Source: Streptomyces sp. WGS_02
GTDB taxonomy: Bacteria > Actinomycetota > Actinomycetes > Streptomycetales > Streptomycetaceae
NCBI GenBank assembly: GCA_040989845.1
Contig: JAYMFZ010000004.1
Coordinates: 2,656,824-2,688,823, forward strand
Direction: 5' to 3'
Length of the DNA stretch: 32,000 nucleotides
Part shown: positions 26,402-32,000 of the stretch, piece by piece
Numbering within the stretch: the stretch's first letter is position 1
How the letters are laid out: each line of letters begins with the position of its first letter
Program-made: the position numbers and the translations under genes
Notes under the pieces: model-generated
The model's database searches: none
The model's input: only the letters and a program-made list of their open reading frames with translations
Told to the model about the DNA's origin: nothing

Positions 26402-27943
26402 GGAGGGTGTCGGTGACGTCGGCCTCCGCCAGCCAGTCCGCGGCGGTCAGCCGGTCCACGAGGTCCGGCAGGTCGGCGGGGTCGACGGAGCACCCGGAGG
26501 ACAGGGCGTCCAGGCCGACGCCCTCCCCTCCGGGCCCCAGCCGCCCTTCGCCGTCGGAGCCGGTGGCCAGGGCCAGGGCGAGAAGCCGTACGTCGGCGCC
26601 GGTCTTGCCCTTGCGGAGCTTCTTCTCCCCGACGACCCGCTGGGCCCATCCGCTGAGCTTGGGGCGCAGCTTCCTGCCGAACGTGAACGGCCCCGGGTCG
26701 TCCTCGTCGGGCGTGAGGGACGGCACGCTGATCCGGGTGGGGCTCTCCGGGCGGGAGGCGATCAGTTCCTCGACGGTCCCGGAGATACCGAGCCAGCCGG
26801 ACTCGACCAGCTGCCCCACCAGGTGCTCGGGATCCTGCAGGGGCAGCCCCTTGATGTCCTGCCCGACCAGATTGCCGACCCCGGACTGCGCGGTGCGCAG
26901 CGTCACCATCAGCACCAGCAGGCGCGCCTCGGCTCCCGGCAGGGGGCGTTCTCGGCCACGTGGGCCAGGACGGCTCGGGCGTGGTTCCACTGCGCGGGGG
27001 CGGTCAGCAGCCGTACGACGGCGTGCCCTTCGCCGTCCGGGGCCTGGCCGATGCGGTGCAGATGCTGGAGGCGGGCGGTGGCGGCGGCCTGTTCGGCCCG
27101 CTGGGCGTCGAGGCGCAGCCCGGTGTCGGCGGTGACCTCGGCCCAGGCGCTGAAGGCCTCCGCTTTACGCGCGTGGAGGTCGGCGAGCATCGCGAGGTCG
27201 GGTTCGGTGCGGGCCTGGTAGGCGCGGAAGAGTTCGCCGAGCTCGGTGAGTTCGTCCCGGAGCGCGACGGGCCGCAGGTCGTGGGGGACGAGGCGCTGAG
27301 CGATCCTCCCGCGCGGGTGCCGCTTCCGCGTCGGCCTCGCGGACCGGGGGGCGGAGCGGGGCGACGACGTCTGTTGGGGGACGGCGGTGGCCGTGGTGGT
27401 GGCGGCGCTGTGCGAGAAGTGCGGGCTGATCGCCGAGAAGGTCGGCGTGTGGACCGCGGGGGCCGCGGGAGCTGCGGTCCCGGCCCGGGGCCCGTCGTTC
27501 CTGGCCGGTGCCTCGGTGGCGGCCGGAGCGGTGGCGACGACCTTCGCGGTGGGGTGGGCGGCGGCGCAGCGCGAGCAGCACTCCATGACCTGCCACCAGC
27601 GCCCTTCCCGGTCCGTGATGACGGCCAGGACGACCGCTCCCCCGCACCGCCAGGGCACGGGGCGCTCACGCGGCCCGGCGGGCCGGATGTGCGTATGGCA
27701 CTCCTCGGCCCGACAGGCGCAGTGCACGGAGGGGCGGGGGGCGGGGCCGGCGCGCAGGTGGGCCTTGAGGTGCGCGATCGCCGCCGTGCGGCCGGCGGCG
27801 GCGGAGGGCAGCACCTGCGCCGCGCAGGCCGGGCGGCTGCACGAGACGCGTACGTCCGCACGACCGCGGCCGACCGGGTCCAGCCGCACCGTCCACCGGC
27901 GTCCCGTCACGCGTTCGTTCGTCGCGTGGGCCTCCACACCCAT
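26349..27943 (-). CDS. Cys-rich hypothetical protein with C-terminal winged-helix-like segment, apparent frameshift near 26942-26946
   Basis: N-terminal frame (ATG 27943) has CSRPAC, HCACRAEECHTH and CCSRCAAAH; continues into another frame (LPGAEARLLVLMVTLRTAQSGVGNLVGQDIKGLPLQDPEHLVGQLVESGWLGI...). Confidence 0.7.
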
Positions 27944-28153
27944 CACACCTTCCTCGACGACTGTTCGTATGCGCACCGCGGCAGCCACCCGCCTGTGCAG
28001 GCGGCTGCCGCGGTGCGCGGCGTGTCACAGTCTGCTACGCCGGGCAGTCCGGATTCCGGCCCACAACACCAACGAGGGTCCGCCGTTCGGGTGACGGCCT
28101 CGGCGGGCATGTGGCCGGATTCCTGCCCTGGCGGTGTGGCCCCGGACGGCACA

Positions 28154-28194
28154 CCCGCGCCCGCCGTCGTGGGAAGAACGACGGCGGGCGCGGG
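28154..28194. terminator. Strong terminator hairpin at the end of the Flp/TadG/lipoprotein/OmpA operon
   Basis: CCCGCGCCCGCCGTCGT-gggaaga-ACGACGGCGGGCGCGGG, 17-bp perfect stem. Confidence 0.9.
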
Positions 28195-28227
28195 TTGCGA
28201 GGTACGGGCAGCGGTGTCGGGAAGGGG

Positions 28228-28887
28228 TCAGGACCCCTCTCCGCGCGGGAAGGAGACCTCCACGCGGCGGTTCTTCTTCCGGCCCTCTTCGTTGCTGTTG
28301 CTGGCGATCGGGTACTGCTCGCCGTAGCCCCGGATCTCGTACGTGACGGTGGGGCCGAGCTGCTTCGACAGGACCCCGTGCACGGCGTCGGCCCGCTGCT
28401 TGGAGAGGACGTCGCCGTGGGCCGAGGAACCGAGGTTGTCGGTGAAGCCGAAGACGCGGACCTTGGTCGCGTTCTGCTTCTTGATCTCCTCGGCGATGGC
28501 GGCGATACGGGCGTTGGCCGCCGAGCTGAGCTTGGCACTGTCCTTGCCGAAGAGGACTTCGGCCTGGAGCGCGAACTTGATGTCGGCGTTGCTGTCCTCG
28601 CGGCGCTCTTCGCCGCCTAGGTCTTCGACCACCTGGACGATGTCGAGGACGCGGCCGGGGGCGAGGGTGCCGCCTTCGGGCATCTTGAGGTCGGGGTCGT
28701 TCGGGTCGACGGGCACGGGCGGCTCCGACGTCGCCTCCGTACCGGGCGGGACGCTCGGGCCGTCATCGGCGTACGAGGGTGACGCGCCGAGCAGCGTCGT
28801 GCCGGCGATCAGCACGGCGACCGCGACGGCTTGTCCCAGGTTGCGCGCCGCCCGGGGGCGCTGGGTGGTCTTCATGGCCGCGTTCAC
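28228..28887 (-). CDS. Secreted OmpA-family (OmpA C-terminal-like) protein
   Basis: Signal peptide LGQAVAVAVLIAGTTLLGASPSYA; FGKDSAKLSSAANARIAAIAEEIKKQNATKVRVFGFTDNLGSSAHGDVLSKQRADAVHGVL...GYGEQYPIASNSNEEGRKKNRRVEVSF. GTG start at 28887 overlaps the upstream stop. Confidence 0.93.
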   Translation of the reverse strand: MNAAMKTTQRPRAARNLGQAVAVAVLIAGTTLLGASPSYADDGPSVPPGTEATSEPPVPVDPNDPDLKMPEGGTLAPGRVLDIVQVVEDLGGEERREDSNADIKFALQAEVLFGKDSAKLSSAANARIAAIAEEIKKQNATKVRVFGFTDNLGSSAHGDVLSKQRADAVHGVLSKQLGPTVTYEIRGYGEQYPIASNSNEEGRKKNRRVEVSFPRGEGS

Positions 28888-29501
28888 CCAGAAATCTTCA
28901 GCGAGGTGGTGGCGAAGGTCGGAAGGCTGAAGTCGACCTCGGTCGTGTCCTGCGGCGGGGCGGGGAACTGCATGAAGATCGGTGCCGACTTGCCCGGTGC
29001 GAGGGACGTGATCGCCGTGGTGCACAGGCAGCGGGAATCTGTGTCCCGCAGCACGTAGTAACGCTTCTTCCCCGCCTTGTCGACCAGCGTCGCACCGGCG
29101 ACCGAGTTGGGGTTCTTGTTCACGATGTTCACCTCCGAGCCGGCCCAGCCCGAGGTGGTTCGCGCCTGGTCGCCCTCGTTGGTGATCGCGCCCTGCACGG
29201 TGAGGAATCCGCCGGAATCCCGCTTGACCTCGTTGACGACCAGAACCAGGCCGCCCTGCCCGCGTGTCTCCGCGAGTTTCACATCCGGGTCCACGTTCTC
29301 GCCCGCAGCCGTGTCCTCCTGCTGCGACTCGCCCTTGTCCTCCGCGGAGGGGCTGGCCGGGGCGGACGGCGCGCTGGAGCCCTCGTTGCCGGGCTTCTCG
29401 CCTCCGTCGTCGCCACAGCCGGCGAGAGCAAAGGCCAGAGCAGCGGTCATGCTGACAGCCGCCGTGGCCCTTCTGGTCGTCGTGGTCCGCCGCATGCTCA
29501 T
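28884..29501 (-). CDS. Lipoprotein, hypothetical, in the Tad-like operon
   Basis: ATAAVSMTAALAFALAGCGDDGG lipobox; Ser/Pro/Glu-rich linker; globular C-terminus. Confidence 0.85.
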   Translation of the reverse strand: MSMRRTTTTRRATAAVSMTAALAFALAGCGDDGGEKPGNEGSSAPSAPASPSAEDKGESQQEDTAAGENVDPDVKLAETRGQGGLVLVVNEVKRDSGGFLTVQGAITNEGDQARTTSGWAGSEVNIVNKNPNSVAGATLVDKAGKKRYYVLRDTDSRCLCTTAITSLAPGKSAPIFMQFPAPPQDTTEVDFSLPTFATTSLKISG

Positions 29502-29535
29502 GGTCCGATTCCTCTACTCGTCGTTCGCTTCGCTG

Positions 29536-30144
29536 TCACTGGTCGACCAACCGCACGTCGAAGAGAGTCCTGCTCACCGTCTCCCAGGGTGGAGGGCTGG
29601 CCGGTGCGATCTCGAGAACCTTGCCGTTCCGGCACGTGAAGATGAAAAGGTCCATGATTCCGTCGCTGTTGGCGTCCACAGCCTTCGGGCGGGGGCACCG
29701 GAACTCGATGAGCGCGGTGGCCTCGGCTTTGGCCTTCTTGTTCTCCGAGCCGGGCAGTACCGAGGAGTCGACCGCCTTCAGGCCCTGGACCTCGACCGTG
29801 ATCCGGTCGCGCAGATATCCAGGAGTCGGATAGCACGATTCCATTGTGGCGCCGTTGGCCGCCGCGAGACGGTCCGCCTCGTAACAGGGCGCAATGAAAG
29901 GCGTGTTGAGGAACACGTCCAGCATATTGGTGGGGAGCGAGGCGTAGAAGCCCGTCCCGAAGTCGTCGCGTGCCTGCTGGGCGGCGGCCAGAGCGGCGGC
30001 GTCCGCCGCACCCTGGGAACCGTTGCGCAGAGCCGAGGCCTTACCGACAGCGAAGAAGGCCAACGCAAGGAAGAGCAGGCCCGCCACCATCATCACGTAG
30101 ATGGGGAAGGCCTGCCCTGCGTCGCCGTGTTGGCGCTTATGCAT
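29536..30144 (-). CDS. TadE/TadG-like pilus assembly protein
   Basis: ATG 30144: MHKRQHGDAGQAFPIYVMMVAGLLFLALAFFAVGKASALRNGSQGAADAAALAAAQQARDD is a Tad-type N-terminus. Overlaps the Flp stop. Confidence 0.9.
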   Translation of the reverse strand: MHKRQHGDAGQAFPIYVMMVAGLLFLALAFFAVGKASALRNGSQGAADAAALAAAQQARDDFGTGFYASLPTNMLDVFLNTPFIAPCYEADRLAAANGATMESCYPTPGYLRDRITVEVQGLKAVDSSVLPGSENKKAKAEATALIEFRCPRPKAVDANSDGIMDLFIFTCRNGKVLEIAPASPPPWETVSRTLFDVRLVDQ

Positions 30145-30374
30145 CAGCCCGAGACGATGGAGGTCACCAGTCCGTCGATGCGGCTGGAGATGTTCCCGCC
30201 GATCCCGGAGGCCGCGATCGCCCCGATGATCGCCACGACCACCAGAATGATCCCCAGGTACTCGAACGCCGTCTGCCCCCGGTCCTTCGCCGCGTAGCGC
30301 TTCTGGATCGCGCTGACGGCGGTGTTGGCCCAGCCGTTGACGCGGACGGCGGTCTTCACGGTGATGTCCGACAT
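30144..30374 (-). CDS. Flp/type IVb pilin-like protein (76 aa)
   Basis: MSDITVKTAVRVNGWANTAVSAIQKRYAAKDRG|QTAFEYLGIILVVVAIIGAIAASGIGGNISSRIDGLVTSIVSG, with the class III prepilin site. Confidence 0.93.
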   Translation of the reverse strand: MSDITVKTAVRVNGWANTAVSAIQKRYAAKDRGQTAFEYLGIILVVVAIIGAIAASGIGGNISSRIDGLVTSIVSG

Positions 30375-30584
30375 GGTGTTCCCCTCCGGGTTCGGCCGAC
30401 CGGTTGCCGGCCGACTCGCACGTTTCTGCGGTGCCGCCCTCGTTACCGGCTTCCTCCTGGCCGGTGCCGCTGGCGACAGGAGAAACATAGGGGGGAACCC
30501 GCATTCCCACAGAGGGCCCGTGGGCCCATTCCCGGGCCCAAAGAGCCTTCTGGGTCCACCCGTCGCGGAATCGCTCGGTCATGG

Positions 30585-31553
30585 TCACGGCTGCCGCCCG
30601 GGGTTCCGGGGCGCGGTGCCGAGCCAGTGGGCGATGGCCTCGCTGCGGGTGGCGCTGTGGAGCTTCGTGAAGATGCGGTTGATGTGGTTCTTGACCGTCT
30701 TCTCACTGATGAAGCAGGTGGCGGCGATCTGCTGATTACTCATTCCGGACGCAATCAGGTCCATGACCTCCACCTCCCTCGAACTCAGCCCGAACTGCTG
30801 CCTGTTGGGGGTGGATACCGACCCCCCGGATACAGAAGACTGTCCCACAACTGGTTGCAGTTGCGAAAGGCTTTCCGAAGGTTCGGTGGTGTGCGGGGGC
30901 AGTGGGGCCGGCGCCGTGGCCAGTGCCGAGCCCAGGCCCTCGGGGAGCGGGCCCCGCTGGGGCGGCGTGCCGTGGCGCATATGGGCCAGGAGGGCGTCCG
31001 CGGCGGTGACGGTGAAGTTGGCGCGGCCGTCCTTCGTGTCGCGTACCGCCTGGACCAGCTGGTTCGCCGTGAACTCGCCGTGCACCAGATAGCCGCCCGC
31101 GCCCAGCCGCAGCGCCTCGTGGACGATCTCGCTCTCGCGGCTGTATGTCAGCATCAGCACAGGTGCGATGCCGACCAGGTGCGGCAGGGCCGAGATGCCG
31201 TCCACGCCCGGCATGCGGACGTCCAACAGGACGACGTCGGGGCGGTGTTCGAGCGTCCTCTCGTACGCCTCGCGGCCGTCCGCCGCCTCCGCGACCACCT
31301 GGATGTCCGCCCGGCCGGACAGCAGTACGCCCAGGCCGGCCCGGACCACCGGGTTGTCGTCCGCGACCACGACGCGGAGACGTTCGGCGGCCGGGGCGGC
31401 AGGCCCCGGGAAGAAGGGGGACGGGGACGGGATCGCAGGGGGTCGAGGGTCGGGGGCCGGGGTGAGCGGGATGGGCGGCGACGGGTGCTGGGGGGCGGGG
31501 CGGTGAGCCGCCGCCCCGTGGCTGTTCGGCGCAGGGGAGACATCGTCCGGCAT
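30585..31553 (-). CDS. LuxR/NarL-family response regulator
   Basis: RVVVADDNPVVRAGLGVLLSGRADIQVVAEAADGREA...DVVLLDVRMPGVDG receiver; LSSREVEVMDLIASGMSNQQIAATCFISEKTVKNHINRIFTKL HTH. Pro-rich N-terminal extension and long linker. Confidence 0.95.
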   Translation of the reverse strand: MPDDVSPAPNSHGAAAHRPAPQHPSPPIPLTPAPDPRPPAIPSPSPFFPGPAAPAAERLRVVVADDNPVVRAGLGVLLSGRADIQVVAEAADGREAYERTLEHRPDVVLLDVRMPGVDGISALPHLVGIAPVLMLTYSRESEIVHEALRLGAGGYLVHGEFTANQLVQAVRDTKDGRANFTVTAADALLAHMRHGTPPQRGPLPEGLGSALATAPAPLPPHTTEPSESLSQLQPVVGQSSVSGGSVSTPNRQQFGLSSREVEVMDLIASGMSNQQIAATCFISEKTVKNHINRIFTKLHSATRSEAIAHWLGTAPRNPGRQP

Positions 31554-31580
31554 GCTGCGACCTCCTCTCAGGGTCGAGGG

Positions 31581-32000
31581 TTACGGGTGAGTGGCGTGTC
31601 CGTATTCGGCTGCTGGTGCGGAAGCACGTACGGGTACGGAAGCGGGCCGGGGAGCCGACGACGGGCTTTCCACGGACCCGCCCGCCAGCGCCGCCAGCGG
31701 GAGCTCCACCCGTACCTCCGTCCCCTTCTCCGCCTTCCCCCGCCCGATCCTGATCCGGGCCCCGATCGACGCCGCCCGCTCCACCATGCCGACCAGGCCG
31801 AAGTGGCCCGCCCGGCGCAGTGCTTCCAGGGTCGTTCCGGCGGGCAGGCCGCGGCCGTCGTCGTACACGGTGACGCGGAGCATGTCGCCCTTCACGCCCG
31901 CGAGGACGATCAGGTACGTCGGGGACGCGTGGCGGTGTGCGTTCTCCATGGCCTCCGAGGCGACGGTGAGGAGCTGGCGGGCCACTGCCTGCGGGACCGG
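31581..32000 (-). CDS. Sensor histidine kinase, C-terminal part (5' end beyond the window)
   Basis: ASEAMENAHRHASPTYLIVLAGVKGDMLRVTVYDDGRGLPAG...AGHFGLVGMVERAASIGARIRIGRGKAEKGTEVRVELP matches a NarX/DegS-type HATPase_c; frame open past 31985 to the edge. Confidence 0.93.
   Translation of the reverse strand, partial: PVPQAVARQLLTVASEAMENAHRHASPTYLIVLAGVKGDMLRVTVYDDGRGLPAGTTLEALRRAGHFGLVGMVERAASIGARIRIGRGKAEKGTEVRVELPLAALAGGSVESPSSAPRPASVPVRASAPAAEYGHATHP

Noticed and set aside
1-32000. Mobile elements, tRNA/rRNA genes, phage or defence genes
   Set aside because: No transposase, integrase, phage structural, restriction or nuclease defence motifs and no cloverleaf-like sequence were recognised; the content looks like core or near-core chromosome plus the pilin-related region.

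Overview
Streptomyces-like high-GC chromosomal window (about 30 genes). In order: a partial class A penicillin-binding protein; an SPFH + ribbon-helix-helix pair; a PadR / ABC-ATPase / FtsX-type permease cassette; the oxyR | ahpC-ahpD divergon; an AI-2E-type transporter; a secreted SLT-type transglycosylase with a long, possibly riboswitch-bearing leader; a PIN-PhoH ATPase; a cis-prenyltransferase; an aldo/keto reductase; an AlkZ-like winged-helix protein; a methyltransferase; a prepilin peptidase; DUF192; a PIG-V-like mannosyltransferase; a large membrane protein with an embedded type IVb (Flp) pilin signature, followed by a lipoprotein whose 5' end is a 12-bp tandem repeat of in-frame ATGs; an N-terminally truncated HAD; a Cys-rich protein; and a Flp / TadG-like / lipoprotein / OmpA operon beside a LuxR-type response regulator and sensor kinase. 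The most interesting observation is the 679-aa protein at 23034-25073. It has a canonical G|xxxxEYLG prepilin site after about four predicted TM helices, in the same window as a prepilin peptidase and a real Flp pilin. The second is a set of five apparent single-base frameshifts in otherwise conserved genes (permease, oxyR, AI-2E transporter, PIN-PhoH, Cys-rich protein). Four of them lie at short G/C runs, so assembly error must be excluded before any biological reading. All family names come from motif recognition by eye; no database search was run.
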